Shown piece by piece: positions 1-9,836 of a stretch of 64,000 bases of DNA. The stretch is from Alkalispirochaeta sp. GTDB taxonomy: Bacteria; Spirochaetota; Spirochaetia; DSM-27196; Alkalispirochaetaceae. Position 1 is the first letter of the stretch. Each line of letters begins with the position of its first letter. The notes below the pieces were generated by a model. It saw only the letters and a program-made list of their open reading frames with translations, had not been told where the DNA came from and searched no databases. Position numbers and translations under genes: made by a program. Location: NCBI GenBank assembly GCA_965242725.1, contig CBDESZ010000004.1, forward strand, positions 32,001-96,000, read 5' to 3'.

Positions 1-855
1 CTTGAAGCGCGGTCTCCAGTCGAGGGCGCCGCGCTGGGCGGTGGTGCTGCAGTTTGCATACATCCAGTCCATGCCGTTCTGCCCGACGAGCCGGATCAGG
101 CTCTGGGTGAGTTCTTCGACAGTCTCATTGAAGGCCTCACTGGGACTGTGACCGTTGGCCCTGAGCGTCTCATACTGCGCTTCCATGACGCCGGCAAGGG
201 CGCCCATGAGGATTCCCCGTTCGCCGGTAAGGTCGCTGTACACCTCGTTTTCAAAGGTCGTGGGAAAGAGATATCCCGAACCCACGGCGATACCGGTGGC
301 GATCGTTCGCTCCTCCGCGCGGCCCGTGTAGTCCTGGAAGACGGCGTAGCTGCTGTTAATGCCGCTCCCATCGAGGAAGTTGGCACGGACGCTCGCGCCG
401 GAGCCTTTGGGCGCCACAAGAATGACGTCGACGTTCTTCGGCGGAATGACACCGGTCTGCTCCTTGAAGGTCACTGAAAAGCCGTGGGAGAAGTAGAGGG
501 CGTCTCCCTCGTTAAGGTTCTCCTTGATCACCGGCCACAATGCCTTCTGGCCCGCGTCGGAGAGGAGATATTGAATGATCGTGCCCCGTTGCACCGCCTC
601 GGGTATATCGAAAAGTGTTTCACCGGGAACCCAGCCGTCCTTGACCGCCTTGTCCCAGCTCTTTCCGTTTTTTCGCTGTCCGACAATGACATTGAAGCCG
701 TTGTCCCGCATATTCAGCGCCTGGGCGGGGCCCTGCACACCGTATCCGATGACCGCGATCGTTTCATCCTTCAGAACGTCCCGTGCCTTGTCGAGGGGAA
801 ATTCACTGCGCGTAACGACGGTCTCTTCAACGCCGCCGAAGTTAATCTTTGCCAT
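1..855 (-). CDS. ilvC: Ketol-acid reductoisomerase (runs off window edge)
   Basis: Manual translation from ATG at 855 (GGAGG upstream): MAKINFGGVEETVVTRSEFPLDKARDVLKDETIAVIGYGVQGPAQALNMRDNG, a Rossmann GYGxQG motif. Divergent from an ilvY-like gene. Confidence 0.9.
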   Translation of the reverse strand, partial: MAKINFGGVEETVVTRSEFPLDKARDVLKDETIAVIGYGVQGPAQALNMRDNGFNVIVGQRKNGKSWDKAVKDGWVPGETLFDIPEAVQRGTIIQYLLSDAGQKALWPVIKENLNEGDALYFSHGFSVTFKEQTGVIPPKNVDVILVAPKGSGASVRANFLDGSGINSSYAVFQDYTGRAEERTIATGIAVGSGYLFPTTFENEVYSDLTGERGILMGALAGVMEAQYETLRANGHSPSEAFNETVEELTQSLIRLVGQNGMDWMYANCSTTAQRGALDWRPRFK

Positions 856-878
856 AATACACCTCCGTATTACATGAT

Positions 879-970
879 CCGTATCTGTTGCACAGAGAAT
901 ACCAATAACTTTCAATTGAATAAAGCGATATTTTTGCCATAAACTATTGCGTATGACGCAACAGATACGG
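879..970. promoter_or_regulatory. ilvC-ilvY divergent control region with LysR-type box
   Basis: TTGC-N7-GCAA (T-N11-A) at 947-961. 13-bp perfect inverted repeat CCGTATCTGTTGC (879-891) / GCAACAGATACGG (958-970). Confidence 0.55.
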
Positions 971-977
971 GTATGCC

Positions 978-1962
978 ATGACCTTTGACGAACTGCGCCT
1001 CTTCAGAAACCTCGCCACGACGCTCCACTTCGCCAGGGCGGCAGCGGCCTCCAACCTCAGCCCTTCGGCGTTGAGCAGGACCATTCAGCGCATGGAAGAA
1101 GAGCTCGGCTGCCTCCTCGTACAGCGGGACAAGCGATTTGTCGCCCTGACCCCGGCGGGGGAGAGCTTCGCCGCCTATGCCCAGGAGACGCTTGACCGTC
1201 ATGACGCCATGCGCAGGGAGCTGTCGGAACGTGACCAGGTGGGTGCAGGGTGAGGTTTCCCTCTTCTGCTCCGTTACGGCGGTTCAGTCGCTGCTCAACT
1301 CAATTCTCCCCGTCTTCCGGGAGCGATATCCCCGGGTGAGCATCCACATCATCACCGGCGACTCGGCGGATGCAAATTGATCGCGTCCAGGACGGGACCG
1401 CCGATATTTCAATCGCGGCGCGACCGGATACGCTGGCCAAGGGGCTGGAGTTTCACGAGTTCACCCCGGTCACCGCTCGTATTCATCGCACCCCGGACCG
1501 GCGGTCCTGCCGCGGAGTTCGGCCGGTGGGCGGAGGAACACCTTGACGGGGCAATTGACGGGGGGAACGGCGGGCAGTGAGCCTGCCGGCGGCCCCGGCC
1601 CCGTCGACAGAAGGATGGCGGACGTCATTCTGCGGCTCGAGGATCATCCATTCATCCTCGCTGATCGCGCGCTGTCCCGGCGCGCAACGGAGCTCTGGTT
1701 TCGCGGCCGCAACATCCGACCGAAAATCTACGCCGAAGTCTCCGGCCACGAAGCGATCATCGCAATGGTCCAGCTGGGATTCGGCCTCGGTGTCGTTCCA
1801 CGGCTCGTTCTCGACCAGAGTCCCCTGGCCACGAGTGTGCGCATCCTGAACCTGCAGCCCGCCCTCCCGGAATATCGAATCGGCATCTGTGCCCAGCGGC
1901 GTCGCCTTTCGGCACGGGCGGTGGAAGCGTTCTGGTCGGTGGGAGTGGAGACGCGGTCATAG
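978..1962 (+). pseudogene. ilvY: LysR-family regulator IlvY, frameshifted (real or sequencing error)
   Basis: LysR HTH (LHFARAAAASNLSPSALSRTIQRMEEELG), then IlvY-like GEVSLFCSVTA, ITGDSADA, YAEVSGHEAIIAMVQLGFG, AFW spread over different frames (breaks near 1240, 1375, 1470). Confidence 0.8.
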
Positions 1963-2118
1963 GCGGCACGGCCTGTCGGGAAGGATGGTGCACCGGGGCG
2001 TCAGGCGGCACGATTTGTGGTATACATGACCGTCCACCGGAAGGGTGCACATGGGCGTCCGTTCCGGTAACGCAACAGGTATCACGCCCGGTTTGTGAAT
2101 ATGAAAGGAGCAGCAATC

Positions 2119-3212
2119 ATGAAAGGATCACCCCGTCTCGGTTTCGGCCTGTACCGGCACATGCTCACGCCGGAAAACTAATCGCTTTGCCCGCCAGACG
2201 GGCTGCGACGGATGTAGTCGTCCACCTCGTCGACTATACCGGGCAGCTGAAATCGGCGCCGAATGAGTTGAACGACGACCAGCCGGTACGCGGCTCCGAC
2301 GGCTGGGGTCGTGCCACGGGAGAACGGGAGGTGTGGAGCGTGGACTATCTCAGGAGTCTCAAGGACGAGCTCGCGTCCCACGGCCTGGCGCTCCACGCCA
2401 TTGAAAACTTCGACCCCGCCCACTGGTATGACGTCCTACTCGGAGGACCTCGTCGGGACGAGCAGATTGCATGGATACAGCAGATCATCACCAACCTCGG
2501 AGAGGTGGGCATTCCCGTGATGGGATACAACTTCAGCATCGCCGGTGTCGCGGGCAGAATTCAGGGCGAATTCGCCCGGGGCGGTGCAACATCCGTCGGA
2601 GTCGACGGCGTCGATGAGACTCCCATACCCCGGGGCATGGTCTGGAACATGACCTATGACGAGGCAGCCGGAACGGGCCACCAGCCGTCGGCGACCAATG
2701 AAGAGCTCTGGGAGCGGCTGCACTATTTCCTTGACCGGGTGTTGCCGGTTGCCGAGCGCGCCGGCGTGCGCCTTGCCGCCCACCCCGATGATCCCCCGGC
2801 GGAACGGGTGCGTCGGCAACCGCGCCTCATATGGCGGCAGGAGCTCTACCGGAAACTCTTTGAAACTGTGGACAGTCCCGCAAGCACCGCCGAACTCTGT
2901 CTCGGTACCGTTCAGGAGATGGCGGAGAGCGATGTCTACGCCCTCACCGAATCGTTGGCGCAACAGAACCGCATCGGCTACATCCATTTTCGGAACGTCG
3001 TCGGGAAAATGCCGCGCTATCACGAGGTCTTCGTGGACGAGGGGGATATCGACCTTCCCCGGATCATGAAGATCCTCGTAGACGCGGGGTTCAACGGCGT
3101 CATCATCCCGGACCACACGCCGCAAATGGCGTGCGCCGCGCCGTGGCACAGCGGTATGGCCTATGCGATGGGGTACATGAGGGGCGTTCTGGACGGCATG
3201 GCGCGGAGCTGA
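2119..3212 (+). CDS. uxuA: Mannonate dehydratase family protein (5' end frameshifted near 2180-2205)
   Basis: MGYNFS, AHPDDPP, IHFRNV, EGDID, IPDHTP motifs. N-terminus MKGSPRLGFGLYRHMLTPEN after AAGGAG is out of frame with the main ORF. Confidence 0.75.
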
Positions 3213-3287
3213 CCGTTCCTTCGGCACCCGCACGGTTGTGGACAGCAGTCCCTTTTCACGTGCGACGTTCCTGAGTACCTTACCAAC

Positions 3288-3923
3288 GTGATACGCATTG
3301 GCATCGCCGACGACGAAGACCTGGTACGGGACGGCATCGCCGCCCTCCTCAGCCGTCAGCCCGGAATGGTGGTGGTATCCACCGCCTCCGGCGCATCGGA
3401 AGCGGTAGACCTTGCACGCTCCGGCGCCATAGACGTTCTCCTTTTAGACATCGATCTGGGCGATCGGGGAGGGCTGGACGCGCTCAGAGAGATCGCCTCC
3501 GACGGCGCGGTGAGCACCCGCATTCTCATGGTGAGCAGTTTTCCCGCGGAAGAGTACGCAATTCGGGCGATACGGTCCGGCGCCGCCGGATATGTCCGCA
3601 AGACGGTCAACTCCGACGAGCTTCTTGAGGCGATACGGGTGGTTGCCGCGGGCCGGCGGTACGTTACCGAGGAAGTGGTGGCGCTCATGTCGGAAAGCCT
3701 CTCAGGTACAAACAAAGAGGTCGAGCCCCACAAGACGCTCTCGGACCGGGAGTTTGAGGTCTTTCGCCTTCTGGGGCAGGGGCGTTCCGTGGGCGAGATC
3801 GCGGAGATTCTTTCCCTGTCGATCAGTTCCGTCAGCACCTACCGTCGTCGGATTCTGGAAAAGCTCAACCTTCCCTCCACCGCGGCTATTATCCGGTATG
3901 CGGCGACGCACGGCATACAATAA
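3288..3923 (+). CDS. NarL/UvrY-family response regulator (REC + LuxR HTH)
   Basis: IADDEDLVRDG, LLDIDL, LSDREFEVFRLLGQG...STYRRRILEKL. Confidence 0.9.
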   Translation: MIRIGIADDEDLVRDGIAALLSRQPGMVVVSTASGASEAVDLARSGAIDVLLLDIDLGDRGGLDALREIASDGAVSTRILMVSSFPAEEYAIRAIRSGAAGYVRKTVNSDELLEAIRVVAAGRRYVTEEVVALMSESLSGTNKEVEPHKTLSDREFEVFRLLGQGRSVGEIAEILSLSISSVSTYRRRILEKLNLPSTAAIIRYAATHGIQ

Positions 3924-4006
3924 CCCGACGTGTCGTTGTTTCAACGACAAAACATTCATCGTTCTGACGACATACCGCACCGTAATCCCGCGGTATTGTA
4001 GGGACG

Positions 4007-5563
4007 ATGACAGAATTCATTCAGGAAATCGATCCGACCGTACTGACCGATGCGGTCACTCACGCGTCTGAAGCGATTTTCTTTACAGATATCCACGGGG
4101 ACATAACGTATATAAATCCCGCCTTTACCGTTATGACCGGTTATTCGAAGGATGAGGCGATCGGCTTCAATCCCCGTATACTCAAAAGCGGCGAGCACGG
4201 GCCTTCCTTCTATGGAGTGATGTGGCACAACCTCGTGCAGGGCCGACAGTGGAAGGGGCGAGTCCGCAACCGCAGGAAGGACGGCACCGTTTTCGTCGCG
4301 GACAGCACGATAACACCGGTTTTCAGCACGGAGAACATCCTCCGGGGATACCTCTGTATCGCCATGGACGTCACCCTGGAGCTGCAGCTGCAGGAGCGGC
4401 AGGCGACGCGTCAAAAACTTGAGACCATCGGCACCCTTGCGGGAGGCGTTGCCCACGATTTCAACAACGTCATGACGGCTATCCTTGGGTACACCCAGCT
4501 TCTGGGTATGTCCGTTTCGGAGTTGTCTGCACATATGCCGGCGCCCCACGAACACGCCGGCATCCAGGACTCCGCCCGGGAGTATATCGACGGCATTATC
4601 AAAGCTACCCAACGGGCAAAGGACCTGGCCGATCGGATCCTCACCTTCAGTCGCGGAAAGACGGTGGGACGGGAGGCGACAAATCTTTCGACCGTCGTCT
4701 CCGACTCGGTTCGTCTCTTACGCGCGACCGTGCCGTCGGCAATCACGATTACCACCGACATTGCCAAAGATATTCCCCGCATCCTCGCAAATCCAACGCA
4801 AATCACCCAGGTGGTGATCAACCTCGGCATCAACGCGGCGCTGGCAATGGAAAACAGAGACAACGGACACATCGAGATAACCCTGGCCTCCGCGGCCGAG
4901 GCAGTGACCCTCACCATCACCGACAACGGAGTCGGCATGTCCCCGGAAGTCATCAACCGCCTCTATGAGCCCTTCTTTACCACCCGGCCCGAGTCGGGCG
5001 GTACCGGCCTCGGTCTCCCGGTGGTGCTTGGAATCGTGACTGAATATGGCGGTACCATAGACATCGCCAGTGAGGTTGGCCGGGGCTCGCGGTTTACCAT
5101 CACCTTTCCCGCAATCGCCGACGACCCGTCGGTGTCCGCAACGGCGGAAGAGGAAAACATCGATTATGCCGTCTGCCGGCAGATCGGCAAGGGGGAGCGG
5201 ATCGCCTTCGTTGACGACGAAGAGGATATTTGCCGAGCCATCGCGGCGGTGCTGACCCATTGCGGCTTTCACGTGACCGCCTACTCGACGCCGACCGATT
5301 TTCTGGCGGACTTCCGCGAAAACCCCGATTCGGTGGAACTCCTCATCAGCGACATATCCATGCCCGGCATGTGGGGGGATGACCTCCTGTGTCGCGTCCG
5401 TGAGGTACGTCCACTGATGCCGGTGATCGGCGCGACGGGATACACCGGCCGTCACCGCGACGGCGGGAGTTCGTCCGGCGGATTCTCCGCCGTCATAACA
5501 AAACCCTACGACATCAAACGTCTTCTTGAGGCGATATCACGAGCAATGGAGGAAAGCCGATGA
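4007..5563 (+). CDS. PAS hybrid sensor histidine kinase
   Basis: PAS (YINPAF..GYS), H-box GGVAHDFNN, FFTT/GTGLGL boxes, C-terminal REC. Confidence 0.9.
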   Translation: MTEFIQEIDPTVLTDAVTHASEAIFFTDIHGDITYINPAFTVMTGYSKDEAIGFNPRILKSGEHGPSFYGVMWHNLVQGRQWKGRVRNRRKDGTVFVADSTITPVFSTENILRGYLCIAMDVTLELQLQERQATRQKLETIGTLAGGVAHDFNNVMTAILGYTQLLGMSVSELSAHMPAPHEHAGIQDSAREYIDGIIKATQRAKDLADRILTFSRGKTVGREATNLSTVVSDSVRLLRATVPSAITITTDIAKDIPRILANPTQITQVVINLGINAALAMENRDNGHIEITLASAAEAVTLTITDNGVGMSPEVINRLYEPFFTTRPESGGTGLGLPVVLGIVTEYGGTIDIASEVGRGSRFTITFPAIADDPSVSATAEEENIDYAVCRQIGKGERIAFVDDEEDICRAIAAVLTHCGFHVTAYSTPTDFLADFRENPDSVELLISDISMPGMWGDDLLCRVREVRPLMPVIGATGYTGRHRDGGSSSGGFSAVITKPYDIKRLLEAISRAMEESR

Positions 5564-5940
5564 GTACGATACTCCTTGTTGATGACGAATCGATGGTGCT
5601 CGACGTACTGGCGAACTTGCTTGAAATGAACGGACACACCGTCGACAAGACACACCGCTCCGCCGATGCATTCGCCCTTATCGACGGCGCTCGCTACGAT
5701 CTGTACATATTTGACCTGCGTATGCCCCAGTATTCCGGGGCGGACCTGGCGGAACACACCCTGAAGACCCATCCCGATGCCACGGTGCTTATCATTACCG
5801 CCTACCCCGGCGATGAGCTCGCGGTCCGGGCGATGAAGCGCGGCGTCACCGCCCTTGTGAAGAAACCTTTTGATATCGGAAAGATCCTTCATTTTCTGGA
5901 ATCAAAGCGACCGGAGGTACCCGTCGATGAGACACGATGA
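5560..5940 (+). CDS. Single-domain response regulator
   Basis: ILLVDDE, FDLRMP, IITAY, KKPF. Confidence 0.85.
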   Translation: MSTILLVDDESMVLDVLANLLEMNGHTVDKTHRSADAFALIDGARYDLYIFDLRMPQYSGADLAEHTLKTHPDATVLIITAYPGDELAVRAMKRGVTALVKKPFDIGKILHFLESKRPEVPVDETR

Positions 5941-7378
5941 AGATCTTATTCTGCAGACCAATGAGCTCCTCGCCGCAGCGACCATACACGACGTTATGGA
6001 GGATCATCACCATGAAGTGCCCGTACCGGGTACGATGGACGTCGATATCAGCGCCGACGCCATGAGTGCATGGCTCACGCTCTTCCCTCCCCGGGGAGGA
6101 GCGGAGCCGATCACGCCGGGAGAGGTCATGGACACGTTGGAACGCGCCGGCGTGGTCTTCGGTATCGACGAAGAGCGGATCTCGGAAGCGGTATTCTCCT
6201 GCAATACCGAGCACCGCACGGTCTACTCCGTGGAGGTGGCGCGAGGAGAGGCTCCCCGGGACGCGGTGCCGGAACATATCGCCGTCGTATGGGAGCCGGA
6301 GGAACACCATCCGGAGGAGCGGGGCGGGAGAGTCGACTTCCGGAACTGGGCACACATCCCCGTCGTCCCCGCGGACTCCGTCCTTGCCCGGACCGTGCCC
6401 GCCTCGTCCGGTTCCACGGGACTGACCGTGACCGGTGAGGATGTACCCTTCCGTACCGTTGCCGCCCCCTCCCTGACTGCGGGAGAAAACACGGTATTCC
6501 GTGACGGAGAGATCGTTTCCGCGGTAGACGGCGTTTTCGTTCTCAATGACGGAATGATCAGCATTTCCCCGCTTCTTGAAATACGCGGCGACGTCGACTA
6601 CGGCACGGGAAACATCGACTTCAACGGGGACGTCCTGCTCCATGGCCGCGTGGCGGCGACCTTCACAGTCACGTGCAGCGGCAACCTCCGGGCAATGCAG
6701 ACACTGGACGCCTATGCAATTTCATGCGGCTCCCTGGAGGTCAAACAGGGGATCATCGGCCACAACGACTCAACGGTGACCGTGGCAGGTCCCGTCCTCG
6801 CCCGCTTTCTCCAGAATGTGAAAATCCATTCGGAGACGAAGATCATGGTCGGCAACAGCGTGCTCTCCTCCCATTTGACCGCCAGGGAAACGATACTTAT
6901 GGGCCGGAACAGCACGGTGATCGGATCGGTCCTGCGGGCGTCGGAAGGGGTGGAAGCGTACAACATCGGTTCCCCGGGCTCTGCGGTGACGGAGCTCTAC
7001 CTGGGCATAGACTTTGCGGTGGACCACCGTCTCGCGGAAATACGGGACAACAGCCTCGCCCTGGGAAAACAGCTCGCAAAGGTACAGGCTGCGCTGCAAC
7101 GCGCTGAAGGCAACGATGAGCGTCTCACGGAACTTGAAAGAAAACTGAAAGAAGCCCTTGCCGTTCTTGGTCAGGAGGCGGGAGAGCTCGTCAATAAACT
7201 GGACCGCAACGAGAACGCAGAAGTGATCGTCCACGGAACGGTCTATACCGGCACGTACATCGAGATCTGTCACCGCTCCTTTCACGCGGATCGTGACCTC
7301 TCGGCGTGCCGTATATTCCTCGATCGGCGGCTGGGGACCGTCCGGGTGGAACCCCTCGCCGAAAGGAGCTCACGATGA
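5927..7378 (+). CDS. FapA / DUF342 family protein
   Basis: GRVDFRN, GDVDYGTGNIDFNGDV, beta-helix-like repeats and coiled coil. GGAGG before ATG 5927. Confidence 0.8.
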   Translation: MRHDEDLILQTNELLAAATIHDVMEDHHHEVPVPGTMDVDISADAMSAWLTLFPPRGGAEPITPGEVMDTLERAGVVFGIDEERISEAVFSCNTEHRTVYSVEVARGEAPRDAVPEHIAVVWEPEEHHPEERGGRVDFRNWAHIPVVPADSVLARTVPASSGSTGLTVTGEDVPFRTVAAPSLTAGENTVFRDGEIVSAVDGVFVLNDGMISISPLLEIRGDVDYGTGNIDFNGDVLLHGRVAATFTVTCSGNLRAMQTLDAYAISCGSLEVKQGIIGHNDSTVTVAGPVLARFLQNVKIHSETKIMVGNSVLSSHLTARETILMGRNSTVIGSVLRASEGVEAYNIGSPGSAVTELYLGIDFAVDHRLAEIRDNSLALGKQLAKVQAALQRAEGNDERLTELERKLKEALAVLGQEAGELVNKLDRNENAEVIVHGTVYTGTYIEICHRSFHADRDLSACRIFLDRRLGTVRVEPLAERSSR

Positions 7379-8412
7379 GTGCACCCCATATCCTCGTAAT
7401 AGACGACGATCCGGGCGTCGTCGGCTTTATCGATACCGCCCTTACCCGGTCGGGATACCGCGTCACCGCCGCCATGGAGTACGCCGACGCATTGGATCAT
7501 CTCAACACCGACGTCTTTGACGCGGTGCTCTGTGACATCTACCTTGGTGTCGAGAGTGGTGTTGCACTTCTCGATCATCAGGGACTGCGCGGCGCGGACA
7601 GCGCCGTCATCGTCATGAGCGGATCGGCAACCAGGGAAGACATCATCACGGCGATGCGTCGCGGCGCCATGGACTTCCTCGTCAAGCCCTTTGAACCGCA
7701 GGAACTGTACCAGCGCCTTCAATCCGCCCTCCGCAGACGGGCGACACGGAGAAAGGACGTGGAACACCTCCAGAACCTGCAAAAGATGGTCGACCTGCGG
7801 ACGGCGGAACTGTCCGAGGCAATCGCGGGTCTGGAAGACGCCTATGACCTGACGATTGAGGCGCTGGGTGCAGCCCTTGACCTTCGGGACAGTGAGACGG
7901 AACGGCACAGCCGGAACGTCGTCGCACTGGCGGAGACGATAGCCATCCTCTACGGCGTGACGGACCAGCACTTCCTGCGGGACCTCCGGTGGGGAGCGCT
8001 CCTTCACGATATCGGAAAAATCGGGATACCCGACGCAATCCTGAAGAAACCGGGCCCCCTGACCCCTGAGGAACGGCAGCTCATCACCACCCACCCCGAC
8101 CTTGGGTACCGCATACTCTCCAGAATCGGATTTCTCAAGGGTGCGCTCCAGGTCGTGAGACATCACCACGAGCGCTACGACGGCAGGGGATACCCCGACG
8201 GCCTCGCCGGCAACGAAATACCCCTGGCGGCCCGCATCTTTGCCGTGGCCGACACGGCGGAAGTCCTCATGTCGGGACGGGTCTATCAGGACGCGCTCAC
8301 TGAAGAGGACGCCCGCAGGGAAATCGCCGCCTGTGCGGGTACCCAGTTTGATCCGGAGGTGGTAGCCGCATTTATGGAGGTGCCCCTGACGTTTGAGGAA
8401 GCGGTGGTATGA
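7375..8412 (+). CDS. Response regulator with HD-GYP c-di-GMP phosphodiesterase domain
   Basis: REC + LLHDIGKIGIPD, HHERYDGRGYP, GTQFDP. Confidence 0.9.
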   Translation: MSAPHILVIDDDPGVVGFIDTALTRSGYRVTAAMEYADALDHLNTDVFDAVLCDIYLGVESGVALLDHQGLRGADSAVIVMSGSATREDIITAMRRGAMDFLVKPFEPQELYQRLQSALRRRATRRKDVEHLQNLQKMVDLRTAELSEAIAGLEDAYDLTIEALGAALDLRDSETERHSRNVVALAETIAILYGVTDQHFLRDLRWGALLHDIGKIGIPDAILKKPGPLTPEERQLITTHPDLGYRILSRIGFLKGALQVVRHHHERYDGRGYPDGLAGNEIPLAARIFAVADTAEVLMSGRVYQDALTEEDARREIAACAGTQFDPEVVAAFMEVPLTFEEAVV

Positions 8413-9836
8413 CGGCCCTCGTCCTTACCCGGCGGAGAAATACGATCTTCATCTCGGTGATCATCTCCTTCCTCGTCCCGGTGGCGTGGATTCTCTTCGC
8501 CGATCTGGAACACCGCCTGGAAGACGCCCGCACGCTTTCCCGGATACAGGCGCAGATGCTCGCGGAAAACGCGGCCCGACTCTTTCACCATGCGGTACAC
8601 CCCGACGATCTCATCGGCAGATACCGGGGTGCCGGAATCGCCGAGGCAAACCTCATCGCCCTCTATAACGGCGAGGGGCGGATCATCGCCGCCGGAAGCG
8701 ACAACGAAGTAACGGCCGGCTCATCGATCGACGACGCCGGCATTCTCAGTGGTCTTGACAGTGCGATTCTCCACGGCGTGGGCATACGGGAGTTTGAGAC
8801 TGAGGAAATGATCGGCACGGTCTTTCCGGTACCGGACTATCCCCATCGCTTTATCGTCGCCTATGACCGGGAGAAAATTGTCCGGTCCTGGGCGTTGGGA
8901 GTCTTCCCCATCGTATTTGCCATACTCGCCCTGGTGACGATCATCCTCCTGCTTACCAAAGGAATCCACCGGGAGGTCACCAATCGCTTCAGGGAAGAGG
9001 AGCGACGTGCCCAGGAGGGATTGCGCTATCTGGAAAGCCTGCGCGTCATGGCCGGGGGCCTCGCCCACCACGTCAACAACCAGATGATGGTGGTCATCGG
9101 GAATACCGACATCCTGACTGAAGAAGTGGGCGATACGCAGCACATAGAGCGCTTCACCCGGGCGATCAAAACGGCGGCGGAGCGCGCGTCGGACCTGAGT
9201 ACCCGTATGCTCGCCACGGCGGGTACGGCGGTGATCCACCTCGTGCCCCACACCGTCGAGACGCTGGGCAAAGTGTTGAAGGACGCGATAGCTACCGCGA
9301 TGGATTCCTCTGCACCGGTGGAGCTGGAAATGCAGACGGAAGCACGGCGCACCGTCGTTCCCCTCGATCCGGAGCTGGTGAAAATTGCGCTGGTGGACCT
9401 CGTAAAGAACGGGTTGGATGCCGGTGATGACGACGCTGCCGGGGAGGGTGTCACCGTCAGTCTCTCAGTCACGGAGTGGGATCCCGACGCACCGTCCGCC
9501 GACCCTGCCGGACGTGTCCAGACCTCCCGGTACTCCAGCCGCATCCCGGCGGGCAGGTATTTGAGCGTATCCGTCGGCGATCGCGGCCGGGGAATCCCTC
9601 CCCAAACGATGAAGCACCTCTTCGAGCCTTTTTATACGACCGGTCATATCGGCGGCGGGCTGGGCCTCTCGGCGGTGGCGGGCATCGCCCATCAGCATGG
9701 CGGCGGAGTCGTCGTCCGCTCCCGGGACGGCGTGGGAACGACGGTGACGATGCTCCTCGCCCTCGCATCTCCCGATGCGCCGCCACGGTGCGATCAGGTG
9801 CCGTCCAGAATCTCCCGCAGCGCGGCGATGGTGTAG
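8409..9836 (+). CDS. Membrane sensor histidine kinase
   Basis: Two TM segments, GGLAHHVNN, DRGRGI, FEPFYTT, GLGLS. Confidence 0.85.
   Translation: MTALVLTRRRNTIFISVIISFLVPVAWILFADLEHRLEDARTLSRIQAQMLAENAARLFHHAVHPDDLIGRYRGAGIAEANLIALYNGEGRIIAAGSDNEVTAGSSIDDAGILSGLDSAILHGVGIREFETEEMIGTVFPVPDYPHRFIVAYDREKIVRSWALGVFPIVFAILALVTIILLLTKGIHREVTNRFREEERRAQEGLRYLESLRVMAGGLAHHVNNQMMVVIGNTDILTEEVGDTQHIERFTRAIKTAAERASDLSTRMLATAGTAVIHLVPHTVETLGKVLKDAIATAMDSSAPVELEMQTEARRTVVPLDPELVKIALVDLVKNGLDAGDDDAAGEGVTVSLSVTEWDPDAPSADPAGRVQTSRYSSRIPAGRYLSVSVGDRGRGIPPQTMKHLFEPFYTTGHIGGGLGLSAVAGIAHQHGGGVVVRSRDGVGTTVTMLLALASPDAPPRCDQVPSRISRSAAMV

Noticed and set aside
978..2210. Programmed frameshifting in ilvY and uxuA
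   Set aside because: Several scattered single-base indels without slippery motifs; sequencing error or decay is more likely.
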